A stretch of DNA of 64,000 bases, taken from contig NC_042997.1 of the NCBI RefSeq assembly GCF_006345805.1, positions 170,624,001 through 170,688,000 of the forward strand, given 5' to 3'. The notes under the pieces were generated by a model, which saw only the letters and a list, made by a program, of their open reading frames with translations, did no database searches and was not told where the DNA came from. The stretch comes from Octopus sinensis (taxonomy: Eukaryota). Both the position numbers and the translations under genes were made by a program. Of this stretch, positions 1 through 12,520 are shown piece after piece. Within the stretch, counting starts at the first letter, position 1. Every line of letters begins with the position of its first letter.

Positions 1-170
1 ACGTTCTGAGTTCAAATTCCGCCGAAGTTGACTTTGCCTTTCATCCTTTCGGGGTCGATTAAATAAGTACCAGTTACGCACTGGGGTCGATATAATCGAC
101 TTAATCCGTTTGTCTGTCCTTGTTTGTCCTCTCTGTGTTTAGCCCCTTGTGGGTAGTAAAGAAATAGGTA
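1..170 (+). mobile_element. SINE family A (tRNA head, probable Meta-type central domain), 3' part cut by window edge
   Basis: B-box GAGTTCAAATTCC, central GACTTTGCCTTTCATCCTTTCGGGGTCGAT..AAGTACCAG and tail TTTAGCCCCTTGTGGGTAGTAAAGAAATAG, shared with many copies in the window. Confidence 0.85.
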
Positions 171-174
171 TACT

Positions 175-830
175 ATCTTTTATCTTTTACTTGCTTCAGT
201 CATTGAACTGCAGCCATGCTGGACACCACCCTGAAGAATTATAGTTGAACAAATTGACCCTAGCACTTAATTTTTATTTTTTTAAGCCTGGTACTTATTC
301 TATTGGTCACTTTTGCCAAACTGCTAAGTTACAGGAATGTAAACACACCAGCACTGGTTGTCAAATGGTGGCAGGGGACAAACACAAACTTAAAGATACA
401 CACGGACACAGACTCAGACACACAGACACACACTCACACACACGCATGTGTGCACATATGTATATGATGGGCTTCTTTCAGTTTTTGTCTGACAAATCCA
501 TCCATGAGACTTTAGTTGGCTTGGGGTTATAATAGAAAACATTTGCCCAAGGTGCCATGCAATAAGAATGAACCCGGATCCATTTGGTTAGGAAGTTATG
601 GGGATGTAATCACAACACCATTGGTTGTCAAGTGAGGCTGGGGACATAGTCAATCACAAAGACACACACACACACACACACACATACGACAGGCTTCTTT
701 CAGTTTCCATTTACCAAATCCACTCACAAGGCTTCAGGTTGAAGACACTTGCCCAAGGTGGCATGCAGTGGTACTGAATCTGAAACCATGTGATTGGGAG
801 GCAAGCTTCTTACTACACAGTTATGTCTGT
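175..830 (-). mobile_element. Two adjacent decayed SINE family B copies (tRNA head + CORE-like domain)
   Basis: Reverse complement of the ACCTTGGGCAAGTGTCTT CORE-like motif twice, plus the family B tail TTTTACTTGCTTCAGTCATT. Confidence 0.7.
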
Positions 831-1239
831 GTTTATAACCAATTCTTCTACCCAAGAACATCTATTATATACAAAAAGACGAGGAGGTCATATTTGGAAT
901 GCCTTTGATAATAACTGTACTTGTGGCTAAACAACGACTAGCAATAAGAAGCGCATGGATAATATAATCCAAGTTATACAAAAAGATGAAATGGTCATAG
1001 CTGGAATGTCTTTGATCATAGCTCTGTTTTATCAGGCCTGATCTGAAACTAAACAACAATAATGAAAGTAAAGGACACATTGGAATTCCATCCCTGCTAA
1101 TGTTTTTCTGGCAGCTGTCAACTTAGAACAATTCAAGGGTACCATGAATCATATCAGTTGTTCCAGTATTGATGGTTTGGCAAAGGTCATTGGTACAGCC
1201 TCTTCTTCTGGATCAAAGTAAGAAGAATTTAAAAAGTAA

Positions 1240-1460
1240 CTCTTACTCTTTTACTTGTTTCAGTCATTTGACTGCGGCCATGCTGGAGCACTGCCTTTAG
1301 TCGAGCAAATTGACCCCAGGACTTATTCTTTGTAAGCCCAGTACTTATTCTATCAGTCTCTTTTGCTGAACTGGTCAGTTACGGGGATGTAACACACCAG
1401 CATCGGTTGTCAAGCAATGTTGGGGGGGACAAACACAGACACACAAACATATACCCCCCC

Positions 1461-1531
<71 letters not shown>

Positions 1532-1692
1532 TATAACGAGCTTCTTTCAGTTTCTGTCTACCAACTCACAAGGCTTTGGTCAGCCTGAGGCTATAGTAGA
1601 AGACACTTGCCCAAGGTGCCACACAGTGGGACTGAACCCAGAACCATGTGGTTGGTAAGCAAGCTACTTACCACACAGTCACTCCTCCGCCT
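1240..1692 (-). mobile_element. SINE family B, full length, with internal (TA)n
   Basis: Minus strand: head GGAGTGACTGTGTGGTAAG..GGGTTCAGTCCCAC, CORE-like CACCTTGGGCAAGTGTCTT, tail ..GAAACAAGTAAAAGAGTAAGAG. Confidence 0.9.
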
Positions 1693-2914
1693 ATGAAATA
1701 AATTTCATTTACTATGAAGTTAATGAAATAAAATCAAGAATCCTAGTAAAACTGGTGATGTGCTCTATAGGTAGTGAAGAATCTAGCATTTAGGGCCCCT
1801 CTGCTTTGTCCGAGAGCTCCGGAGAGTGAAAGTTCTTACAAACAATGCAATACCATCACTTACTCTCTCTTCCTCACAATCCTTTCCTTACTATCCTCCT
1901 TCACTTCTCCTTCCTTGCTCTTCCTCCTTCACTCTCCCTTTCTCAGTCTCCCTTCTCCAATCTCCTCCCTCGCTTCCCCTTCCTTACTCTCTCCCACACT
2001 CTTCTTTTCTCACTCTCCTTCCCCTCACTCTCCCTTCTTTGGTCTCTTCCTCATAGGGCAGAACACCACTTACTCTCATTCTCTCACCTCCTTACTTTCC
2101 TTTCCTTACTCTCTCCTTGTCACAAGTCAACAACACCACTTACACACACACACACATGTGCGCACATACACACATTCCTCATTCTCTCTTTTCCTCTCTC
2201 CTTTCTTTACTCTTGCTTCCACACCCTCTTGTCCTTACTCTCTCTTCCTTACCCTCTCTTCTTTACTCTCTCTTCCTCACAAGGCCATTGACTTTTACTC
2301 TCTCTCCCATTCTCTGTTCCTCAAAAGGCAAATTCACTGCCTACTCTCTCTTTTTCTCTCTCTCTCTCTTTCTTCATTCCTCCCTTCCTTGCTCTCTTTT
2401 CTACACAAAGACAACTCACTTTAGTCTTTCTTCACCACAAAAGCAACAACCAGGAACTCCAGATTCTTGATTCTTCACAGCAACTGAACTCAGAGCAAAA
2501 TCTTCCACAAACTCTTCTACAAATAGGTGACATTGTTATGAACTTCAGGAATAAAAACGGCACCAAAGAAGATGGAAATGATGCTCTGAATGAATAAAAA
2601 ACCTGAAGAATTATCACCAAATGTTTCAATTTCCTACCAAAAGAAATAATTCATATAAAAACCTATTTGCCTGACATTTCCCATCGACTGCAAATATTTA
2701 CTGTCGCTCGTGTATTAATCTGTAAATCTCACCTTGCATTATTTGTCACTGGAATTTTCGTTGGAGGAAATTTGATATTTGATTTATTTTAGATTTTACT
2801 TGGGATTTGTTTTTGCATTTTTAAAAAATTTTTTCCTTATATTCATTTTATTTTTTTATTCGTTTTTTAGTTGTTTATTTATTTTGTGTTTTTTGTGTGT
2901 GTGTGTGTGTGCGC

Positions 2915-2945
<31 letters not shown>

Positions 2946-3329
2946 GTAGTTGTCTTTTAGCAAATGGCTTTCGTATATATTTATTATTATTGACTACGGT
3001 GATTTCCATATTCAGGATTTTTATTACAGCAACAAGAAAGACATACTACTACTACTACTACTACCAGTAGTAGTAGTATTAGTAGTGGTGGTGGTGGTAC
3101 AGAAATCCAAAGTGTAAAAGAGAAACTGCAATGAAAACTCAAAAGAAATCAGCTTGACAAATATAGGCTAAAGTGGTTTAAGAAATATATAAGCATTTAC
3201 TTCATTCAGAAGTAAATACAACTAGAAAGTTCAAATGAAATACACACATACGTATACATACAATGGGATTCTTCCAATTTCCATCTACCAAATCCACTCA
3301 CAAAGCTATATTCCCTACTATTCTGAGCA

Positions 3330-3560
3330 GGTGGCATGTAAAAAGCACCATAGCGTGGCCGTTGCCAGTACCACCTTACTGGCCCTCGTGTCAGTGGCAT
3401 GTAAAAACACCCACCACACCCTCGGAGTGATTGGCATTAGGAAGGGCATCCAGCTGTAGAAACTCTGCCAGATCAGATTGGAGCCTGGCACAGCCATCTA
3501 GTTTGCCAGACCTCGGTCAAATCGTCCAATCCATGTTAGCATGGAAAGCGGACGTTAAAC

Positions 3561-3597
<37 letters not shown>
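3330..3597 (+). mobile_element. RTE-clade LINE 3' UTR (family D)
   Basis: GGCATTAGGAAGGGCATCCAGCTGTAGAAAC...CGGACGTTAAAC(GAT)n; the same 3' UTR is contiguous with RT coding sequence at 14140-15330. Confidence 0.85.
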
Positions 3598-3598
<1 letters not shown>

Positions 3599-3639
3599 GA
3601 TGATATATATATATATATATATATATACAGTACCGCACC

Positions 3640-4093
3640 GACTGGCCTCCATGCTGTGGGCACGTAACAATCACCATCCGATCGTGGCCGATCGCCAGCC
3701 TCATCTGGCTCCTGTGTCGGTGGCACATAAAAAACACCATCCGAGCGTGGTTGTCTGCTAGCCTTGTCTGGCATCTGTGTCGGTGGCACATAAAAAACAC
3801 CATCCGAGCGTGGCCGTTCGCCAGCCTCGTCTGGCACCTGTGTCGGTGGCACATAAAAAACACCATCCGAGCGTGGCCGTTCGCCAGCCTCGTCTGGCAC
3901 CTGTGTCGGTGGCACATAAAATCACCCACTACACTCTCGGAGTGGTTGGCGTTAGGAAGGGCATCCAGCTGTAGAAACACTGCCAGATCTGACTGGCCTG
4001 GTGCAGCCTTCGGGCTCCCCAGACCCCAGTTGAACCGTCCAACCCATGCTAGCATGGAAAGCGGACGTTAAATGATGATGATGATGATGATGA
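3640..4093 (+). mobile_element. RTE LINE 3' UTR (family D) with three to four ~57-bp tandem subrepeats
   Basis: Repeated GTGTCGGTGGCACATAAAAAACACCATCCGAGCGTGG units, then the conserved tail and (GAT)n. Confidence 0.85.
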
Positions 4094-4207
4094 TACACAC
4101 ACACATATATGTGTGTGTGTGTGTGTGTGTGTATGCATGTGTAGATAGGTAGATAGATAGATAGATAGATAGAGAGAGAGATAGATAGATAAATAGACAG
4201 ACAGACG

Positions 4208-4238
<31 letters not shown>

Positions 4239-4461
4239 AGATAACTAGATAGATAGAGTTAGCCAATTAAATTCTTAGCATGCTATTCTGTTTAATTTAC
4301 TGTTATATTTTACTGATTATTTTTATACTTTTCTGTTGGGATGTATTTGTGTAGCAATAATTTTTTTTAGCAGTTGAATACTTTTCTTACAACTAGCCAC
4401 TCAGCTCAGTAGTGAACTAGAAGTTTAACCAGATTTCTTTTGTCAGTCAGGCCAGCTGTAG

Positions 4462-4800
4462 TCCTCCTCATCATCTGATCATGCTTATTGCATGGATTAC
4501 TGTGACTCTCCAGTCTGTTTGGTTTACCATTGCATGTGGTAGGTCTTCTCAGGTGCACTTGGAGTTCTCGCAGAGTTGCTTTATGTAGGTCTGATGCGGT
4601 CTACCAACATTTGTGTCTCCATGGTTTGGTTCCCAGAAAAAAATGTCACTGATGATCTCATCCTTTGCTCTCCAGCAATGTCCAATGAATCTTATTCGTT
4701 TTTCTCTGGGGACATGTGATACTGGTGGTAAATTATCACAGAGAAGTTCTTTCATAGGAGATATCCAGGGCTGCTCATAGCCTTCTTATATAAGTTCCGT
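4462..4800 (-). pseudogene. 3' end of a non-LTR retrotransposon ORF (RTE-like), decayed
   Basis: Minus frame KELLCDNLPPVSHVPREKRIRFIGHCWRAKDEIISDIFFWEPNHGDTNVGRPHQTYIKQL matches the post-RT R..RLRF.GH...GRP..T pattern. Confidence 0.75.
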
Positions 4801-4869
4801 CAATTTTTTTTTAAGACACTTTGTTAGAGTTAGAGTTATAACTGAACTGACTGCACAAGAAGCTCACTT

Positions 4870-5235
4870 TAAGACCATATGGTTTCAGGTTCAGTCCCAC
4901 TGCATGGCACCTTGGGCAAATGTCTTCTATTATAGCCCTAGGCTGACAAATGTTTTGTGAGTGAATTTAGTAGACAGAAACTGTGCAGGAGCCTGCTGTA
5001 CATGTGTGTGTGTATGTGTTCATGTGTGCATACGTGCCTGTTTATCCCCTACCTCTTCTTGACAACCAGTGTTGGTTTGTTTAAATCCTTATAACTTAGC
5101 ACTTTGGCAAAATTTATTGATAAAATAAGTACCAGACTTCAGAAGTAAGTCCTGGAGTCTGTTTAACTAAACCTTTCAAGGCAGTTCCCTGGCATGGCCA
5201 CAGTAAAGAGACTGAAACAAGCAAAAAAAAAAAGA
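4870..5235 (+). mobile_element. SINE family B, decayed
   Basis: GGTTCAGTCCCACTGCATGGCACCTTGGGCAAATGTCTT ... GCATGGCCACAGT..GACTGAAACAAG. Confidence 0.8.
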
Positions 5236-5274
5236 TAAACAAATTATATCTCCTTCACTCTAGGCCTCACTTTT

Positions 5275-5835
5275 GGCACTTATGCCAGTGGAATGTTAAA
5301 AGCACATCCGAACGTGGGGTGTAACCAGCCCACTTCTGAGTACCCCTCATTCATTGGATAATGAACTTTGCTTGCGAAGACCTATTGAGGTAAGTGTAAA
5401 CAAATCAAAATCGCTGACGTGGCTGATGAGAGAACTGCCTGATTGGCACTCATGCCAGTGCAATGTTAAGAGAAGCATACCTGAGTGTGATCGTTGCCAG
5501 GGCCACGGATTGGCCACCGTGCCAGTGACATGTGAAAAGCATCATTCGAGCGTGATTGTTGCCAGCATCGCCTTACCGGCACATGTGCCGGTGGCACATG
5601 AAAACCTACATTCAAGCGTGGTCATTGCCAGTGCCGCTGGACTGGCTCCTGTGCAGATAGCACGTAAAAACATCTTTTGAGCGTGGTCGTTGCCAGAACT
5701 GCCTGACTGGTCCTCGTGCCAGTGGCATGTAAAAAGCACCCACTACACTCTTGGAGTGGGTGGCGTTAGGAAGGGCATCCAGCTGTAGAAACTTTGCCAG
5801 ATCAGAGGATGTTAAATGATGATGATGATAATGAT
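5275..5835 (+). mobile_element. RTE LINE 3' UTR (family D), long
   Basis: Multiple GTGGCAC..AAAAGCA..TTCGAGCGTG subrepeats plus GGCGTTAGGAAGGGCATCCAGCTG tail. Confidence 0.8.
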
Positions 5836-6814
5836 CCAATCCTTTCTTTCTATAATGATCAAACCAATATTTATTGGAAGTAATTACTTGGCCCATAAAT
5901 GCCTGCTCTTCTACAGATTATGTATGTAAATATTTTGATGAATAATGAACTAGAGTAGCAAGAATTCTTCCACTGTCTTGAAGTAGATCAAAGGACTTAT
6001 ATTCCTACACCCTCAATCTTTTCGGACTACCAACAAACGTTCTGCAATTTTTGGTGACACCACTGAATTGTCAGTTGGTCATTAAATATCTTTATACTGG
6101 AATGTAATATGCATATTTACCATTCAATCCTTGCTTCAAAAGTAAAACATATAAAACTCAAAAGAAAATAGGAAAAAAAAACCCAACAAAAATCATAAAA
6201 CTGGTTCATAGCTGGGTTTTTGAATATCATTATATATAATTCTATGTTTCAGTCATTCACAGACTTTTATCTCCGACAAGGTAGATAGTGCAAAACCACT
6301 TCTGATCTTATTAGTGCAATCAATGTGGTCTCAAAGCGTACAGATACAGCTTATTTTCACATAGATTACATACATTAGCGAAAAGCAACCAATGAAAATG
6401 GAGAACAGAGATAAGTTAAATACTGGGCCTTGTGGAAGATGCAGGCGACAGATCGGAATCAAAAGGGAGACATAAATTTTCTCATTAAGTAGCTTTGCAT
6501 CCATCTAAGCAGTATCCTATGTATTTCAATTTGGTGCAAAGTTTCTTATTCATCATCAGCTAAATGATATCCATTGATGTTCAGAGCTTTGAAACCTGTT
6601 CAGGCAATAATCATATGAAAGAATAGTATAATGGTTTGTTGTGCCACAGTTTTGTCAGAAGCTAAATTTACTGCTTGGATTGAATTACTTTATCTTCATT
6701 TCTAACCTGATACCGTTCAGATTATTCTCTCGAATGTATTGCTTATTTATTCACATTGTTTTGAATTAATCATGCATTATCTTGTAACTTTGAGATCTTC
6801 ATAATATGGTTACT

Positions 6815-7030
6815 CTTTTACTCTTTTACTTGTTTTAGTCATTTGACTGTGGCCATGCTGGAGCACCGCCTTTAGTCGAGCAAATTGACCCCAGGATTTA
6901 CTCTTTGCAAGCCTAGTACTTATTCTATTGGTCTCTTTTGCTGAACTGCTAAGTTACGGGGACGTAAACACACCAGCATCAGTTGTCAAGTGATGTTGGG
7001 GAGACAAACTCAGACACACAAACACACACA
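6815..7030 (-). mobile_element. SINE family B, 3' half
   Basis: CTCTTTTACTTGTTTTAGTCATTTGACTGTGGCCATGCTGGAGCACCGCC is the reverse complement of the family B tail. Confidence 0.85.
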
Positions 7031-7035
7031 CATAA

Positions 7036-7495
7036 TAATAGTTCTTTATTGGACGCAAGGCTCATCGATGCAATATGAGTCTTGTCATAAAACATACGTG
7101 GATACACGTATCTCTCTTTTTACTTGTTTCAGTCATTTAACTGCAGCTATGCTGGAGCACTGCCTTTAGTCCAGCAAATCGACCCCAGGACTTATTCTTT
7201 ATAAGCCTAGTACTTATTCTATCGGTCTCTTTTGCTGAACGTAAACACACCAGCATTGGTTGTCAAGCGATGTTGGAGGGACAAACACAGACACACAATC
7301 ACACACACATATATATGTATACATAAATACGATGGGCTTCTTTCAGTTTCCTTCTACCAAATCCACTCACAAGGCTTTGGTCAGCCCAAGGCTAAAGTAG
7401 GAGACACTTGTCCAAAGTACCATGCAGTGGGACTGAACCCGGAACCATGTGGTTGGTAAGCAAGCTATTTACTACACAGTCACTCCTGCACCTAC
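7036..7495 (-). mobile_element. SINE family B with extra 3' extension ending in AATAAA and (TAT)n
   Basis: Full head/CORE/tail, followed by a segment also attached to the copy at 57795-58235. Confidence 0.85.
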
Positions 7496-7724
7496 ACAGC
7501 CATGCTTATTGTTTGAAGAAGACATTGCAGGGCTGGTAGGAGAGGCTACATCAGGCTAGTTTGAACATAAAATAGGAACAATATTTAGGCTGGATGTGGC
7601 TGGTTTGAATTCTAATGGAGTTAAAAAGATAGTCTTGTAGATTTTATGTCCTGATGCGTCCATTACTTTGATGGCAAAATTAAATAGTAATACTCCTTAG
7701 CATTTTGATAGATTGGCTCTAGAT

Positions 7725-7930
7725 TCATCATCATCGTTCAACTTCTGCTTTCAATGCTAGTATGGGTTGGACGATTTGACTGAGGTCTGGCGAACCAGAT
7801 GGCTGCACCAGTCTCCAATCTGATCTGGCAGAGTTTCTACAGCTGGATGCCCTTCCTAATGCCAAATCATAGTTGTAGCCAGTGCCAGTGTTGTGTAAGT
7901 GGCTCCTGTGCTGGTGGCACGCAAAAAGCA
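7725..7930 (-). mobile_element. RTE LINE 3' tail (family D)
   Basis: CATCATCATCGTTCAAC..CAGCTGGATGCCCTTCCTAATGCC. Confidence 0.8.
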
Positions 7931-7931
7931 C

Positions 7932-8246
7932 CCTGAACTTTGGGCCTCATGGAGGTAGTGACAAGTGACCAAGACCTTTGGCAATATATTGTGCTCAAAA
8001 AGATCTGTCAAGCCAAGTGAAGTCGTAGTCATGGCCAAAGCTGGTGTTTTGTGAATGGCACCCATGCTGGTGGCATGTATAAAGCACCCACTACACTCTT
8101 GGAAGGGTTGGCGTTAGGAAGGACATCCAGTTGTAGAAACCATGCCAAATCAGATTGGAACCTGGTGCAGCTCTCCAGCTTACCAGTTTTCAGTCAAACC
8201 GCCCAAGCCATGCCAGCATGGAAAACAGACGACGACAATGATGATA

Positions 8247-8287
<41 letters not shown>

Positions 8288-8300
8288 AATGGTGATAATG
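7932..8300 (+). mobile_element. RTE LINE: last ORF codons plus 3' UTR
   Basis: TLGLMEVVTSDQDLWQYIVLKK matches the ORF end of the 14140-15330 copy; then tail and (GAT)n. Confidence 0.8.
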
Positions 8301-8858
8301 ATGATCACAGAGTCAGTCTTCTACTGATGTGAAAAATGAGCCACAAATATAGCACATGTGAAATAGGTGTCACAGGAATTGTCTGGAATTTGATCAGTGC
8401 CAAATACTTTGTTGATTTTCAGTACCTGCATTGGATAAAATTTTTAGTGTTAAGTATGATGGTTTGTAGTTTTCTATCAGATGAAATGAAGCAATGAAGC
8501 ATGGCTGTTTAAATGCCGATGATTTGGCTTGGCTGACTAGACATTGTCTGTTTTGGGAACAGCATTTTAGCACTGGAGGCAAACACTCACATGAACAGGT
8601 GCTCTGTAATATATGAATTGAGATAAATAAATAGATAGACAGACAGACAGAGAGACAGATAGATAGATAGAAAAAAAGAAAGAGAGAGAGTGAGTGACTG
8701 ACTGAGTGAATGAGTGAGTGAGTGAGTTAATGAGAAAGACAGAGAGAAAGAGAGGGGAAGAAAGAAGAAATTACAGTTTATTAATTGAACATGATCGACA
8801 TAAATACTTTCCTTCTCATCATATGCATAAAGAGAAATATGGTCACACACATAAACAG

Positions 8859-8922
<64 letters not shown>

Positions 8923-9029
8923 TAAAGTATCTGTGGTTAAATAAGCCAACATCAAATCAGCAGCACCAAAGAGGCAGCACTGAAACATCTTGTGCTCTGT
9001 ATTTGAAGATTACCAGACATTTGGTCATT

Positions 9030-9417
9030 GGGATGGAAGCACTCCGTCAGTTATGATGACGAGGGTTCCGGTTGATCCGAATCAACGGAACAGCCTGCTC
9101 GTGAAATTAACATGTAAGTGGCTGAGCACTTCACAGACAAGTGTACCCTTAACGTAGTTCTCGGGGATATTCAGTGTGACACAGAGAGTGACAAGGCCGG
9201 CCCTTTGAAATACAGGTACAACAGAAACTAGAAAGTAAGAGTGAGAGAAAGTTGTGGTAAAAGAGTACAGCAGGGATCACCACCATCCCTGCCGGAACCT
9301 CATGGAGCTTTAGGTGTTTTCGCTCAATAAACACTCACAACGCCCGGTCTGGGAATCGAAACCGCGATCCTATGACCGCGAGTCCGCTGCCCTAACCACT
9401 GGGCCATTGCACCTCCA
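9030..9417 (-). mobile_element. SINE family C1 (tRNA-like head)
   Basis: Minus: GGAGGTGCAATGGCCCAGTGGTTAGGGCAGCGGACTCGCGGTC..GGTTTCGATTCCC (A and B boxes); 3' part shared with 9813-10133. Confidence 0.85.
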
Positions 9418-9812
9418 TTTGGTTATTAATCATCTGGCAAAAGATCTAGATTTGTCTTTCACAGCTGTTCTCTAATTATTTAGTTCATTTGAGCCATCAT
9501 AATCAAGACAATACAGAAGCCCAACTTCTATAAAGTATTATATTGTGATATCACTGTGTTTCTAGATCAGATAATTACCACAGCTTACTTACTCTGCATC
9601 AAGCAGCAGGTTATGTGTTTTATTAGCAAACCACTTTTCTGTGTCCTTCATCTACTTTTCAATGCTATTCAGAAAAGTACGTGAAAAATAACTTCTTGCT
9701 TCCCTTTCCCATAAGAGAAAAGTTCTTGTTCCAAATAATAACAGATCGACAACTTTAGTTCCTATTTCTTGTTTGTAATTCACATGTACATATATGCATA
9801 TATATGCATATA

Positions 9813-10133
9813 GGAGCTCTTTGTTGGTTATGACGACGAGGGTCCCAGTTGATACGATCAACGGAACAGCTTGCTAATGAAATTAATGTGCAAGTGGCTG
9901 AGCATTCCACAGACATGTGTACCCTTAATGTAGTTCGTAAGGAGATTCAGCGTGACACAGAGTGTGACAAGGCTGGCCCTTATTTGAAATACAGGTACTA
10001 CTCATTTTTGCCAGTTGAGTGGACTGGAGCAACGTGAAATAAAGTGTCTTGCTCAAGGACATGATGCGTCACTGGGAATTGAACTCACAACCTTACGATC
10101 ATGAGTCGAATGCCCTAACCACTAAGCGACGTG
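9813..10133 (-). mobile_element. SINE family C2 (tRNA head + CORE-like domain)
   Basis: Minus: GCTTAGTGGTTAGGGCATTCGACTCATGATCGTAAGGTTGTGAGTTCAATTCCC..TGTCCTTGAGCAAGACACTT. Confidence 0.85.
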
Positions 10134-10866
10134 CATATATGCATATGCACATAAATATATTCACATACATAACATGGACATTGATATTTTGTTTTAGCAG
10201 TACACTTTATAACATAGCTGTCCATTAATTCTTCTCATAAGAACAATAAGCAAGAACACTCTGTGGTTTCATTCTTTCTTCCACTTTGGGGTAAGGGTTT
10301 ATCACATTTTTTTTCCTTGCCTAACACCATATCAAACCAATGAAAGCAGCATTCATAATACCAAGAAATATCAAACAATAAATATACCAATGGAAGAATG
10401 AAATGGAAATAAGTGGATCAATAAAAGAAAATTTTAGAAATGTTTTAGAAGCACAAATTTTGTGGTATTAGTTCAAAGTGTTTCAAATGTTTCATGTTGG
10501 AAGGTATGAAACCAAACAATCACTATGTAAAATTAACTATCTCATCTCGATGGTAATATTATCTCATTCTGTATTAATAACACTGTCATGTTGGAAGTTT
10601 TACACAAAAGGAATGTTGAAAGATAGTGAGAAATATATCAAGCAAGAGAAAAAGAGAAGGAAAATGAAGGTAAGTGTAGAGTGAGTAATGGAAAAATAAA
10701 GAGGAAAAAGAGGTTTAAAATCAAAGGGAAATACAAATGTCAATAAATAAATGAACAAAAATCAGTTATCTATCTATCTATAATCAAAGAGGAATATAAA
10801 TATATATAAATAAATGAACAAGACTCAGTTATATATCTATATGAATATCCATATACATGTGTATAT

Positions 10867-10920
<54 letters not shown>

Positions 10921-10945
10921 CTATATGAATATCCATATACATGTG

Positions 10946-10984
<39 letters not shown>

Positions 10985-11099
10985 GTGTGTGTGTGTGTGT
11001 GTCTGTGTGTGTGTGTGTCTGTGTGTGTGTGTGTGTGTGTATTATGATTTTGCTTAACCATAGTGATACTAATAACTAGTTGTGAATATATATAAATTT

Positions 11100-11570
11100 T
11101 AAGATGTTGAGCAGGCAGAATTGTTAGCATGCCAGGCAAGATGCTTAGTGGCATTTCATCTGTCTTTAAATTCAAATTTACGTTCAAAATCTGCCACAGT
11201 CAACCTTGCTTTTCACCCTTTCAGGGTTGGTAGAATAAATACCTATTTCTTTACTACCCACAAGGGGCTAAACACAGAGGAGACCAAACAAAGACAGACA
11301 GATGGATTAAGTCGATTATATCGACCCCAGTGCGTAACTGGTACTTAATTTATTGACCCCGAAAGGATGAAAGGCAAAGTCGACCTTGGCGGAATTTGAT
11401 CTCAGAACGTAACAGCAGACGAAATACGGCTACGCATTTCGCCGGGCATGCTAACGTTTCTGCCAGCTCGCCACCTTAGAATAAATACCAGTTGAGCACT
11501 GGGGTTGGTGTAATCAACTTACCCCATGCCCGAAATTGCTGACCTTGTGCAAAAATCTGAAACCAATACG
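11100..11570 (+). mobile_element. Older SINE A copy split by a younger antisense SINE A insertion
   Basis: Head at 11100-11243 resumes at 11477-11570. Confidence 0.75.
11244..11476 (-). mobile_element. SINE family A, full length, 13-bp TSD
   Basis: TAGAATAAATACC duplicated at 11231-11243 and 11477-11489. Confidence 0.9.
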
Positions 11571-12307
11571 CATAGGCTTTAGAATAAAACATTAAATGAG
11601 AACAGGATGTAATATTCACTGTTGAATGAAAATGGAACAAGAATTACATTGTCATCTTCATTAGTTCACAGTTGTTTCTGCTATAAGAAACAGTGCATTC
11701 AGATCTATGTGCTTGTGCAATGTTTTATAGCTTCCTTGGAGCCATTAAATGGAAGTATTTGTTTATATTGGAAAGCATTTAAATATATATACCGAACACA
11801 CATACACAAGGTATGTATGTTGTTAGTTTGTGGGTCAGCAGCAGTTTTTAGGCATAAGAGAATATATTCTTTATGTGCCTGGTGTGAAAAACACCTGGAA
11901 GTCACAGTCAAGTTAAACAACTCACAGACACCAATGTTTCATCATTGTTTTGACTTGTCAAGACTGCAAACTGAACAAGGTCTGCTGTAAGCCATATTGA
12001 TGACTATGACTATATGCTAAATAGTTTAAATACCATCTGCTGGCATGTCTCAACGTTTCATGCCACAGAAAAAAATTCAAACCTGAATTAGAAGCAGCGC
12101 AAGATATATAAACAAAATTAGAAACATACACAAGTTATGTGTGTTGTTAGTTTGTGGGTCAGCTGTAGTTTTCAGGCATAAGAGAATATATTCTCTATGT
12201 GCCTGGTGTACAAAACATCTGAGAGTAAGTCACTGTCAAGGGAAACAACTCACATTAGGTCCCTTCTTGGAATGACAGACATTGATTGGTACAATTTTGC
12301 TTATATA

Positions 12308-12520
12308 CCTATTTCTTTATTACCCACAAGGGGCTAAACACAGAGGGGACAAACAAGGACAGACATAGGTATTAAGTCGAATACATCGACCCCAGTGCGT
12401 AACTGGTACTTAATTTATCAACCCCGAAAGGATGAAAGGCAAAGTCGACCTCGGCGGAATTTGAACTCACAACGTAACGGCAGACGAAATACCGCTAAGC
12501 ATTTCGCCCGGTGGGCTAGC
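12308..12520 (-). mobile_element. SINE family A
   Basis: Reverse complement of family A body and tail. Confidence 0.85.

Noticed and set aside
1850-2606. CT-rich tract plus short ORF ILDSSQQLNSEQ..DALNE* as an exon
   Set aside because: Low-complexity upstream sequence, no recognisable homology, unconvincing splice context.
3700-3910. CRISPR-like array (also 28690-28830 and 34967-35082)
   Set aside because: Contiguous tandem units without unique spacers, inside retroelements, in eukaryotic DNA with no cas genes.
9340-9417. tRNA genes at SINE heads
   Set aside because: A and B boxes are present but there is no acceptor-stem pairing, and each continues into a SINE body.
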